Of a DNA stretch of 64,000 bases, positions 1 to 12,534 are shown in pieces (the first letter of the stretch is position 1; each line of letters starts with the position of its first letter). A program made the position numbers and the translations under genes. Below the pieces are notes generated by a model. It was not told the origin of the DNA, made no database searches, and saw nothing but the letters and a program-made list of their open reading frames with translations. This stretch comes from Yuukianura sp. NJ FZ-2021 (taxonomy: Eukaryota), in assembly GCA_046563655.1 (NCBI GenBank), contig CM102286.1:5084001-5148000 (forward strand). Reading direction: 5' to 3'.

Positions 1-3000
1 TTCTAGCGGTCACGGGTTGCTACCATTAGCACTATTCTTAAAAAAATCCACACTTCTATTCTCACCGTAATCTTGCAACATCTATTGCATAAGCAACCTT
101 AATTAACCTTCAACTTTTAATTGCAATTAGTACACGCGAATGTTTTCTCACGTGAAAATTCAAGCAAATCACTCCACAAAACTTGGTTTTGGAAACCCCG
201 TTGGAAATCGCTGGACAAATCTTACGATCACCCACTGCCCTTCCTTAATGGAGATGTCAGTGTCAATTACTGATCATTACACCAGGTCTTACTATCTACC
301 ATAAATTTTCAAATTGACGCACCTTTCTCACCCTCCGCTTTCTTCAGAGTGCCCGACTGAATTGAAATTCAAACGCTTCTAAAAATAGTTATTAGCTCGC
401 AATTTCCTATTAGTAATGACACGGGACGTACATAGCGCCTTGTGATTAGATCTTCTTTGAAATCCCAGGTCCTCCATAATTTTCACACCATTCCAGAAGG
501 TGTTTATGACCATTAGCCCCCTCTATACTTATTTACAATACTAATTGGTAACTGTCGACAGTTGCTCTCATAAACTTATTCATTCTCCAAAACATCTTCG
601 GGAAATCCAGTCCAATTATAAATCCAGGCGCATTTTCCGCTTTTGCTGCCGACCTCAACTTTAAAAAGGAAAGTTTTCTAAAAAGTTTGTTGAAACTCTG
701 GTGTTTAAGAACTCTGACGGTGTTTCAGTGGAGGTAATATATTAATTGGAATTTATAGACCTAGGTGTCATAATTCAGCTACTTGTGGGCCTGTCGAAGA
801 ACGTGTAAGAGCGATTATTCTAATCGTAATAAATATTTGGGGATGATTTACGACTCGTATAAAAATACCTGCAGCAGTAGACACTTAGATTAGAGATAGA
901 GCTGTCCCTTAAGTCATATTCCAAGCTTATTGTTTGAGCAAGTAGCTTTACATCTGAAGGTGGTTCAAGGAACTTAAGAGGTGTCAAAATCCTTTATTAA
1001 TTGGCCCTGGGATTATCAAAACACTTTAAGCCAGACCGCCAGGCACTTTCTCCGAGCCAGAAGCATATTTTGGTACGAAAGACGCCGAGTCGAACATTTT
1101 TAACTTTGTAAATTTTTTACATACATATATGTTTGTGCTTTTGAAAACCGCACAGACGCTTACAATTTTGTTCTAGAAACTTTCAAAGCGTCAGTGGAGA
1201 AGTTCAAAAAGAAATTTTTGCAAAGAGGACTTTCTTTTTCAGAATTGCAAAATTCAATGTGCGTAAAACGCCACCAACACAAAAGATTCACAGTAGGAGG
1301 CTGGAAACTTTCATTTTTAACTAGAATTAGATTTTATGAAAGCTGAAATTGAAAGTGGCTTTTGCTTTTGTTGAAAATCTTGGAAATTTGGAGTCACAAA
1401 ATATGAAAGCTGAAAGAAACAATAGCTTTAATTCCCAAGGGCTGCAGTGTCTTTTACAATCCAATTTTATCAAAACGTGGAATCTAAAATTCCTTTAGCG
1501 AAGGCAGTAGCTCTCGGATGCTATCAATTTCATTTTTGGTTTAGGAAAAGCATCTGAGTAGATCTAAATCTCGTAAATAATAACCAAGTAGCTACTACCT
1601 CCGTCTGTGCCCTTGTTTTGATTCAGTCGTTCCCTAGGATATGCTTCAGAGTTTATTGGAAGCGACATCTGAATGGGCCAAATTAGCCTGAGAAATGGAT
1701 ATTCTCTTTTCAAATGAACGTCGTGAACAAAGGGAAGATGGGCACGGAAGATTGGTTTCCATTTCAAATATGTCAATTCCTCTACAGGAATTAATACTCC
1801 TGTACGCCTACGATTTCAAACCAAATCTCCCGCCCTGATTCCTTCTCTGCTCCGTCAGTTCGTGTCTTTTGGTTTGGACTTTATTAAGTAGAGGGAACCT
1901 TATATGGGTTCAGCACGTCATCAATCCCCCTTTGTAAATTGCTACTGGGCTTACACAATGAAAGACAGGCGGGAGAGAGGCCATAAGCAAAGTCAGAATG
2001 TCTTTTGTGTTCGAGCTTCAACTTTAGTATTCAGCAGTTAATTGAAAAATATTTAGGATCTGAGATCCCTTTGTTTTCCTGTTCATCGGTTTCAGAAAGT
2101 AATCAGCTTAACTTTCGAATTTTCAAAGAAATCGGGTGAAAAAGACTTTGTTCATTGTTTCTTCTCTTTTACAATTTCGGATCTTTTCGAACTCCAAAAT
2201 TGCGCTTCCTTAAATTTTTTTTCTCAAAAATTTATCCACTAGCGAAAATTCGGAACAAATGCAAACTGTAACTGTAACTACGCAACTTTAAAACTCAAAG
2301 AAAAAAAAATTGAGTCACCACATTATTGTTTCGACTCCAGGCGAAAATTTGGGTGGAACCTGCGCATGCTTTTGCAATTAGTGTTTCAAAAATGCTGTTT
2401 AGAAAAAGGCGTTGGGCAAAGGAAATTACGAAGTTGAATCCTGTAATTTCTGAATTATCGACAAAGAAAACACTAGTCAAAAATTTTGACTGATTGGAAG
2501 ATGCTGAATCCCGACAAGAGCAGACGCTCCACTGAAGTTTCCGTGTAAAGTCAATTTGTATCCTTGAGGCTAAGGGCGTTTTGAGTGTTTTGGCCAAACT
2601 CAACCTCTTATTGAAGGTTTAAAGTTTGATTTTAAAAATTGAGCCACTTGTGACTTTCAAAAAAATTCGTAACTTGAAAACACTTTTTATACAATTTCTA
2701 TTGTTTCTGCAAAGACGCAACCTTTGAATTGTATTTGATTTACAAAAAAATGAAGAAAAGCTATAAGTGGGTTGATAATTTTTGTAATTTTCGTAATTTC
2801 CAAAGCATATAATTTATGAAAGCTACTTTTCAAAAATAATTAGTTTGGCCGGCGGTAGAGTTCAAGTGGTTGAAACATACTGGAAATTGAATAGATTCAA
2901 ATCAAATGCTCCTCTTATTCAAGTTCAAGGCAACTGTTTTAAACGAACCAAATTTTAAATTAAATTGATGCATACGGTTGGTTAGTCAGTGGTGGTGGAA

Positions 3001-5092
3001 GAGAAAATTGGATTTCTTTCGAAACTTCAGCTTCAGCATTAGCTTTATGGTGCTTATACTCAAGATTGATGTCCATATTTATGAACAATATTTTACAAGG
3101 GCATTAGGGATCGAGGGAGCCCTTTGGCAAAACAAATCACATCAATTGCTCAACTTACACCAAAAGTACGTTCAAAGTGGCCAAAAACCTTCACTAAACT
3201 AATTTTTTTTAGTAAATGATAAATGTTTCCACCTTGGACTTTATTACAAACCAGTCAAAAGTTGTTCGTTTTCGGAAAAAGCAGAGCATTGAACGCTTTT
3301 TAAATTACGGTTAACCTTCAGATATGGCTCATTTTCGGTAATGAAAAAAATTGAAAACGAAGCGGCTCGTTTCTACTGATGATTACCGGCTTTCAACTTC
3401 AATTCCAAAGTTCAGCTCATAGTTCCTTTGAACAAAACAAAAGTTAAGCATAGCTTCGCCGATGGGGCATTTTGAAGAGACGCACTTTCCATTTGATTTA
3501 TTTCAAAATGTAAGCCGTAAACACAGACCGTGTTTAAATTTGAAAAGATTAAAAGATTCGTGGGGAAAAGACAATAGGAAAAACTGTCAAATAGGATCTT
3601 AATCATGGGAAATGTCTCACCCGAAAATTGGAGGTCTTTTTGTAGGTCACTTTTTTATGTCTCATCTTGCCTCGACTTTTACCACAGCCTGTCACCTCTC
3701 GACTGTAAAGATCTTCTTTCCATTTTTGGTACCTTAGGAGGTACCCTTAAGGTTAGGCCCATAAGCCCTTTGTTTCAAAATTTCTATCGTGTGTGGTTGA
3801 GAATGATTAATATATGGGCGTCGTAACTTCAAAGTAAATGGCCATTGTTTTGTGGTCAATTACAAGTTCTAGTCGCGACAATTGTCACGGAAGACTCTAC
3901 TTTTCGAAGTTTTTTTTTCTGTTCTTTGGAGTCTCACCTCTAAAGTGAACTTGGGAAAACCTAAGGGCATCATTTTATCTGATTCATATACAAAAACTAA
4001 AGGCTCCAAGTCTCCTCTTGTGTTAGGGTACTTAATGCTTTGAATTTTGGTTTATTACTGTAATACATTGGAGTCTGAGACCTTTTATTTCCGAATACGC
4101 CCTGCATTTCAAAAACAACAGGACCCCCAGCTCGTACGAAAATGTTTGTGTAGCTTGAGATTTTGTAAGCGAAAATTTTTGAAAAAAAAAAACATCGAGG
4201 ACGTAAATTGCTCAATTTGGGATAAATTTGTTGACTTCACAGAATAATTTGATGATTTCAGAGAATTTCAACTTGCAGCGTTAAATTTCACTTTCAAATT
4301 AGTTTAATGTTCAAATTATGAAATTACATCATCCTTTACACCTGAACTTTGGTACACCATGTGGAATTAAAGCGGACGTGCACACTTAATCTTATCATTA
4401 CAAGTGGAAGCATTGCGCCAAGTTGATCACAGACTGTAAACTTCAGAGGTCATCTTCAATGTGTGGTTGTGGATTAGATTTTAGCACTGACCTTTGATGC
4501 TTTATGTATGAGTGTCCACAAAACATTGACTTTATGAATAGGTCATTGGAGTTCAGCTTTGTGTAACTTTTTTGTGGCAAAATTTTTTGCCACTTTGCAA
4601 AAAAATCCTTGAGAACCTGTTACCAGAGCTGGAATAACCTTAGTCTGACCTACCCGTCATCATACGATGCTCCAAAATTTTGAACATTATGAAAGAACGT
4701 GTTCCGCAGACCCCAACATGTTGGATTTCTTGCAGTCGTTTTTTCTGGTGTCATGTGTATTAGCGTTAGGTTGGGAGATTAGAGCCTAGGCTAACCACAC
4801 CATGCGGCTTCTGAATGAGTCAAATCTTGTCTACTTACTTACTTTTAGTTGAAATTGACAATTGAGCGTTTCCTTTCACTGACATTGTATGGATAAGAGA
4901 AGAGTTCGGTCCAACGTTAGTCAAGATAACCCAGGTCAACTTTCACGACAAAGAGGTGTGACGAAGCCTACATGAAGACGGATCTGGTGTGATTTGTCAA
5001 TTTCAAAAAGCTTTTTGTTTTTTGAAAGGTTAGAGGGAGACGCGGAGTTAGAATCAATCAAAAAAGTCTTTGCTGTTGTTGCTGTGTCTCAA

Positions 5093-7271
5093 ATGGCCCC
5101 CAATTCAACAGCGGTGCATGGAGAGTCGGAGTCATTCCTGAAAAAAACACCGGGAAAAGTTAAGGAAATTTTGTGTGATGGATACTTCTATGACGTGACA
5201 AATTTTGTAAAGAGACATCCCGGAGGGAGCATTATTGAATACTACACGCAACATGGAGAGGATGCGACGCTCGCAATTCAACAGTTCCACCAACGCTCGC
5301 CCAAAAAAATTGCAGCTCTCCTGAGTTCCTTTAAAAAGAGAAAGGCAGAGGAATACGAAAGTGAGTTCTAATTTATTGCTAGGAGAAAGTTTTTGAAAAT
5401 TAAAAATTTTCCTGACATAATTTTTAAAAAATGACCTTGTTTTGTAATTATAGTCCAGTCGTGTCCAGAAAAGGCTCGGCGTCACCTCGCTCTAAATGAA
5501 GACTTTACGAAGCTGTTTCTGGAGCTGCAAAATGAGGGAATGTTTGAACCGGCCTACTTACACAATACTTTACGTGTTCTGGAAGTGATTTCACTTGGGT
5601 TGCTAGGATACTTTTGCCTCTTTTCTGGAAACTACTTTGTAAAGTTCTTGGGTGTCGTGCTCATTGCCTTGGCTCAGGGCCGTAGCGGTTGGATTCAACA
5701 TGAAAGCGGTCATCTCTCTCTTACCGGCAAACCCAAACTGGATCGATTTCTCCATGCAATAATATTTGGTAAGATTTGCTATCAAATACCAGGGTTTCAA
5801 AATTCCGCCCTGGCGCTTTCATGGGGACTAACATTTAGGCACAGCCACTATTCTAAAAAAAAAAACTTCAAGAGTGCAAATTTTTTTGTAACGCGAACTA
5901 ATCTTAACCACAAAGAAAGTGTTGCACTTTCCTGTTTTTGGGCTCGAAAATTCGGTAGAATCTACAAGAAAACCGAGGTTGAAAACTTTCAGTTATCAAA
6001 CCAAAGTTTTGTTGACTTTGATTTTCTTTAACAGGTTGGGGGATACCTAATGTTTTTTTTTTTTTTGATCTTGCAAAAAAAAAAGTAACCTTTCATTTCA
6101 GGCCATCGCAGTTATAACAATACAACCGAATTTTTAAGATTTTGCATACGAATTGGTACCAATTTTTTTTTTCGTTTTTTTTTTTTGCCAACAAGTGAGG
6201 AGTACCCAACCTGTTAAAGAAAATTAATTGTCAAGGAACCTTGATCAAACCATTTTTTGCGAACTGTGTGTTTAGTCCGCAGCTTTCGGTGGTAGTTACA
6301 CAAGTTCATATTTCCATGTATTTTTTTTCGGTTGAACCATTGAAAAAGTTTTAAAAAGTTGCAAAACGAAAATATTTACTGGAGACTTGCGTCCCCTGGG
6401 CCTAAAACTTCGATGATGCTCAAATGGTCTTTATGGGATTTATCCAATGGTGCTTTGATGATTTATAGGAATTGGACTTGGGCTCTCATCGACATGGTGG
6501 GCACGTGGACACAACCGACACCACGCCATGCCACAACGCCTCAAACACGATGTGGACTTGGACACTCTACCATTTATTGCCTACAACGCCAAAGTCGTGA
6601 CAGGGAAGGAGGGAAAATCCTTCCTCATTCAAAATCAGGCAAGGCTAAACACAGGAGCTCACTTAACCTAAATTCTGTGCTCTGAAGAGCTCAAAATTAA
6701 TTTGCCAAATGGAGCCCTTAATTAACTTATAAAGTTTCGTTAATTAATTTTTAATTCTTTCTAGGCCTACTTGTTCCTCGCCATTGACACTCTACTGGGA
6801 ACTCTCGCCTGGCAGCTCTACCTCCACCCGAAGCATGTCATCAAACATGGCTACTACTTCCAGTTCTTCTGGATGGGTGTCCACTACGTCCTGGCTTACT
6901 ACTGCGGCTTCTGGCCATGGCTGCTGTCCACATGGATCATGTCCATCTACCTCTTTGGAAACTTCTCTTTGTCACATACTCATTTGCCAGTGACCTCTGA
7001 CCCCACTCACTGGGTCGAATACTCTCTACTTCATACGGCCGACATCAGCCCGTCACCTATTGTGAACTGGTTCATGGGCTACCTTAACTTTCAAATTGAG
7101 CATCACTTGTTTCCCACGATGCCTCAGTTTAGACATCGCCTAATTCGGGATAGGGTGAAGGCTTTGGCTGAGAAGCATAACTTACCTTACATCGTTTACT
7201 CCTTTCCTGAGGCAGTACAAAAGACATTTGAAAACTTAAATGCCGTTTCACAGCAACTCAAGAATTCTTGA
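5093..7271 (+). CDS. Front-end (delta-5/delta-6/delta-8 type) fatty acyl desaturase with N-terminal cytochrome b5 domain, 4 exons, 419 aa
   Basis: Exons 5093-5360, 5454-5768, 6469-6638 and 6765-7271 join in frame (1260 nt). Motifs: HPGG haem-binding motif (KRHPGGSII), His box 1 QHESGH, His box 2 HNRHH, and third box QIEHHLFP with the Q-for-H substitution diagnostic of front-end desaturases. Introns 1 and 2 are GT-AG; intron 3 (6639-6764) is GC-AG. Confidence 0.95.
6012..6234. repeat. Inverted-repeat (MITE-like) element inside desaturase intron 2
   Basis: ATTTTCTTTAACAGGTTGGG (6021-6040) is the exact reverse complement of CCCAACCTGTTAAAGAAAAT (6205-6224). The match extends imperfectly to about 30 bp, and the spacer is T/A-rich. 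Confidence 0.6.
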
Positions 7272-10200
7272 AAAATGTAAGCGCGGGAAAATTGATCTGA
7301 GAAGACCTTGGTGTGTACTTGTGTGTTAAGTTAAAAGGAATAAGTGCTATCTCAATTAAGAGTTTAGACAATAGACACGACACAAGGAAAATTTCAGAAT
7401 TTATTAAACGAAGGAAACATAATGAGGATGTGGAAATGGCATGATTTATGGAAAGGGCAATTAAACTTACAGTTTTTGGAATTTTCAAAATTTTGTGAGC
7501 TTATTAGTTTTGAAAATAAATATTTGACCGTTTGACGTTTCACTGTGGTTTATGATATTTTCGAAAAGTTTTTGAATCATGTTCCAAAATATAACTGTTT
7601 TTTTTTCGGAATAGCCTAGAACAAAACCCATTTCGAAAAGTGTTTGAACCAAAATGTTGAAGCAATAAATAATGACGGTTGGAAAAAAATTTTGCCATTT
7701 TTTTGCAACTTTTTTTCGTCTCATTAAGTATACCCAGGTTGATCCTGTTTTTTCCCTCCTTTCTACTTTTCCGTTTCATTTTTCTAGATGAGTCCTTAGC
7801 GTCCACTCAGAAATTCATAGGAATTGGGAGAACCTTAAAATTTTTACAATTTTTTTCTTTACTTCAAACCTAAACTGTCGGATGCCAAAGTTTAAGTTAG
7901 GTTTTGTAGAGGTAAAACGTTACTTCTTACTTCGTTCCTCGGGTACTTTGCAATGAGCATCTTGGGAGTCATTGCAATTGAACTCATTGCGAAGAACAAC
8001 CATCACTTTCTAATGGAAAAAGTCAATTGAAATGGAAGTCCATTTTCATTCCCCAGTGGATCCCTTGAACATTCTGGACGAGATCTCAAGATCTTGTTCT
8101 TATTACTAATGCAAAATGGGAAGATGAGATCTGTTAATTGGATAATTTCGACATCTTACATCACCCCATGCTGCTTCCAATTAGAACTCACCTGAACCAC
8201 TTTCATTCTCTCGACAATGGAAATGTTAACAATGGAGCGTCCCAGGGTCATGCAAGGATCCACGCATCTTCAAATAGGACAAGACAAAGAGAACATTAAA
8301 ATAACTTGTAACATTAGATCTTCCAAGCATCTTCTCGTTTTCCTCCAGTCAAAGGCTGAACGTAACTGTCATCCGAAATCTTCCAGCTCCAGACCCTCAA
8401 CAACCTCTTCATTTACTCATTTGGTCTGAAAGTGTCGGAATTCGGAGCATCTTGATCCGTACAACATGAAAATACCATTGGAGGTAAATCCTCCCTCAGG
8501 AAATTTAATGAAAGTCAAAAATAAATCTGAGATGTTCTGGATGTTCAAAAAAAAATAAAAGCATAAGTTCGCGTTGTTTCTGTTTTAGTGCTCGGGGGAA
8601 GGTGGGCTATGTTTTAGAAAAAATAAGACCAGAATCATGTAGATACAGATCATCATCAACTTGTTCTTCTTCCTTCAACTCATCTTTACTAAATTGACTT
8701 TTGACGTGTTCATTTTCCATTAAGAAGCAACTTGTTGATCAAAATCATTCTGAACACACCTTCCTTCCTAGAATATGTGTTAACTGGTAATTAAAATTAA
8801 TTTGCAATAAATTGATTAAATGAACAAACAACTTACTGTATTCCAGTTAAACCAACCGCTCAAGGAATCAATTTCTGCCAGAAAAAAAATCCCGTTTTTT
8901 TTTGCCTGAGTTTGGTGAAAGTTTAATACGTTTAAAACAGAAAACATTTTTTTATTGAAAATCTCCAACCGAGTTTGAAATTCCTCGGAATAGAAGAAAT
9001 TTTTTCTCTCAGGGAGAATTTCTTCGAACAATTCTTTTCCTTTTAAAAACTCCTTTGATCATTTACTGAATGAAACGAGCGACAAGAAATTAATGAACGC
9101 CTAGCTACAGGCAACAATCGTGAAGACTCTTTCACTGTTTGAAATATATTGTCCATTTAGTACTGTACTAGACAATGTCTAAATCACCCTATGGGATAAA
9201 AACATGCATTCCGTTCGGAACACAAATGGTTGGGGACATGATGACATGATCAGTGACTTGTTAAGTGTAATTTATGGAAATATAATAAAGCCATGGTACT
9301 TTAATTGAGGGCTCCATTCTTCCTTTAAACTTGGACGCACTAGTTTTAGTTTCTTCATTTTAAGACCTATGAATGAACACATCACAATTCCTAACATCAT
9401 TAAGTAGAATGTTACCATTGACTTGGAAGCTTAAGACATTTTATACAGCACAAACTCCGTAATTATATTTTTCACACTTCTGATAGTCAGCTCCCGTGGC
9501 TTAGGTTTTGTCCAAAATATGATTAATTGAACTAATTCGTGAATAGATGCACGAAGTCAAGCGGCTACTGAATAAACTAAAATCTGTAATTCACCGCCAA
9601 ATTGTCAACTGCTCACAATTTAAACTATTTAGCATAGCAGTCATTTTCGCATGCCAAAAATTTTTTTTTAGTTCTCGACTCTGTGCTTTCACTCGAAATT
9701 AGACCCGACTTTCTCTTGATTTTCTGATTTCAAGGTTGTCAGTTGTTGTTGTTTTTTTTTTCCAAAAAAAAATTCTCTGACTAAAATCTGGTGTTGAGAC
9801 TCGAGATTTTATGCAAATTTAAAATCCGGCTTTTGTTTTTGGAATTTTTAATTTCCAAATGTTTTTCAATGTGCCATGCATAGCTCGAATTGAGAGAAAA
9901 TTTTAATTTTAGCGTCACTTGGCTGCTAAGCCAATTACAAAAAAAGTTTTTAGGTGAAAGTCAAGACAATGTAACTGCTATATTCATCGGCGTCGTGTTT
10001 CTCTAACGTAAGTGCTACTGCGCATATCCCTCTGGACTTTCCATGATTTTGAAACAAGAGAAGACTGCTTGAAAGCGTTTTAATAAACCTAATTAGAACT
10101 ACACCGAACATTGAAAAATATGGAGCGTGTCGTTTCCTTTTAAGCGTTGGGGAACGGCATACCGCTTTCTCATGTTCGCCGCCCTCACGAAGTAATTCAA

Positions 10201-12265
10201 TACTTTAGCTTGGCGTGAGCCTTCATTTAGTCCAAGCAGTATAAAACAATAGAGTTTCTCGGATCGTGTTCTTCTAGAATGTGAGTATTATATAAACTTC
10301 GTTGGAGTCTTGTAATTTTAAAACGTTTTTGAGTTTTATTTGGGTGTTCTGCCACATCCAGAGCAAAGTCATATTTTATTGCTTAATGAAGTCAAATAAA
10401 ACCGTGGCGGTGGTCTATGGTTGGACATGGAGACTCGTGTATGGTGTAGGTAAACTCTGTCAAAATGAGGCTAACGAGTTTTTGAGACTTGGACACTTTA
10501 GGTACGGCGGATCATGTCTGCTTGATGACTTGGAATTTTGCTCGAGTCTGAACGTTTTTGCGTCTGCGTGGAGCTTTTTAAGTTGCAAGGTTCTTAATGA
10601 GTTCATTTCTTTTCTAAACACTTGAAATTGAGCCGAGGAGGGAGTAACTATGACAAGTTTGAAGTTTTGCACTGACTTAACTGTAGTCAGTCTTAAATGG
10701 GCGGATGATGAATTATTGGAGGCGCCAGCAGGATACGCTTTCTCATGAAGAATACATGCTCCTGGTTAATTCAGAAAGGTGTGGATGAGACGCTAACTGA
10801 CAGGAACTCAACATCGGAGTGTTGAGGAGGCATTATTTGAAAATGAGACGAATGGACAACCAGTAAATGATGGGAAGTTTAAAGTTGTTCATTGGAAAAT
10901 GGCATTCAATCAAAAGTGGTTATTGTAATTGGCAATGCATTGGGAAGTTGATGGATTTGACGTGAGTAATGATCATCCCTTGAAGATTCTGCTGGATCTC
11001 AAACTCATCTTGTACATTTGTCATTGCATGATCCTACCTCCAGATTATGCACAATGCATTGTGTCTTTTTCTATTTTTCTTCTAAAGTTCCTTCGTCCTG
11101 GTCAGTCAGAATGCAATCGATGAATAGGCAGTTGAATGACACTGGGTTTCAAAGACTCAACTTGGTGATTATCGTATAATTTGGCATTTGGTGAAGAGTA
11201 ATGGGCTCATTAGCTGCAATCGACCAGAACAGTCAGAAGTTTAAAAAAAACAGCAGTTCTGCAAATGTGTTCCCAAATTTGGCGAAAAATTGTAATCCGA
11301 AAAGCCGATTTTCAAGCGTTTCGGGTAGTCACAAATTGGCAAAAATCGGATTCCAAATCCGAAAAAGCGATTTTTCTATAAATTGTTTGCATAAAACGAC
11401 TCTAACATTTCTTGCTTGGAAATTTAAAAAAAAATTCTGAAAGTGAATCTGGAGATTCTGAAGTCAGCAAAAGTCAAAGTGACAAAAATTTTAATGTGCG
11501 GAATTTTTGGGGACAATTTTAAAATGGTTCAAAATACCGCTCGAGAGGTAAATTAAAAAAAATTAACGGGACTGTACATTAAATAAATTGATTAAAATTT
11601 TGGCAAAGCACGTTAAAATTTATGTGAACAGTAAGAACAAGCAAACGCTGTGAAATACAATAAAAATAAAAACTCATAAATTGTTGACTCTCAACGCGTG
11701 AATGAGAACTTTAAGTTTTAAGTTTTGGCGAAAAATCAGAAAACATTATTGTTAGAAATCACGCCATTATTTTCTCAAAAAGAAACATTTTTAAAATTTA
11801 TTGCCACAACCTGCCTCGGTGGTAAAGTATGGGAGTTAACACCCAAAGGTGTGAATGGAACCTGAGAACTTGATTTTATTTCCCAAATTATTCTAAACTT
11901 AATTACGCATATTGCGCTTGGGGTGAGTTATGAGGGCAGGGTCAATAAATGTTGGACTCATGATCCCTTTAAGCACAAAGAAATCACGGCGTTAATGGTG
12001 CAAAAGTGGGCGTTAAAGGAAATCGGAAATATTTGTGTGGTCGGAGTAATTTTCGAAATTATAAAAACAAAAAAACCCGATTGTGAAATTGCAAATTTTG
12101 CTGCATGGAGTCTACACTTGATGAGAGAAAACAGTGATAAATTGCTAGGCGTAGTGTGACATATTACTAAATAAATTGTTCTTTACAGTAAATAAATTTT
12201 GTGGACTCACCGCATCTGCGTACAGCATTACGTTCAACTCAGAACCGAAACAGAATTGATCCAAA

Positions 12266-12534
12266 GGTAGCACGCCATTGTATCAATTGAATTGTATCAA
12301 CTGCCATTGCATCAACTGAATTGTGTCAATTTGAATTGTATCAACTGGCCAATTGTATCAACGACTAATTGTATCAACGAGTGTAATGCTTAATTTAGCT
12401 TAGGTTAGGTTAGGTTACGTTGGTTGATACAAGTAGCCGTTGACACAATTGAGCGTTGATACAATTCAAATTGACACAATTCAGTTGATGCAATGGCAGT
12501 TGATACAATTCAATTGACACAATGGCATGGAACC
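12266..12534. mobile_element. Non-autonomous foldback/MITE-like DNA transposon, 269 bp, with long internally repetitive TIRs and an 8-bp target site duplication
   Basis: About 80 bp near-perfect inverted arms built from ATTG(T/C)(A/G)TCAA-type subrepeats. Termini are GGTAGCACGCCATTG and CAATGGCATGGAACC. GATCCAAA flanks both sides (12258-12265 and 12535-12542). A central (TTAGG)3 tract lies at 12400-12414. Confidence 0.85.

Noticed and set aside
2847..2903. tRNA/SINE-like fragment (GGCCGGCGGTAGAGTTCAAGTGGTTGAAAC...GATTCAAATC) with A- and B-box resemblance
   Set aside because: No cloverleaf stems can be formed; at most a decayed tRNA-derived SINE head, which cannot be supported from one copy.
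4994..5092. N-terminal extension of the desaturase suggested by the ORF track (TTG start at 4994)
   Set aside because: The gene is eukaryotic; the ATG at 5093 (CAAATGGCC, MAPN...) is the plausible start.
6359..6685. 108-aa ORF overlapping desaturase exon 3
   Set aside because: Wrong frame; the His-box-containing exon 3 is read in a different frame from 6469.
12266..12534. Regularly spaced short repeats superficially like a CRISPR array
   Set aside because: The repeats are short, contiguous and arranged as inverted arms with a TSD; there are no unique spacers or cas genes, and the context is eukaryotic.
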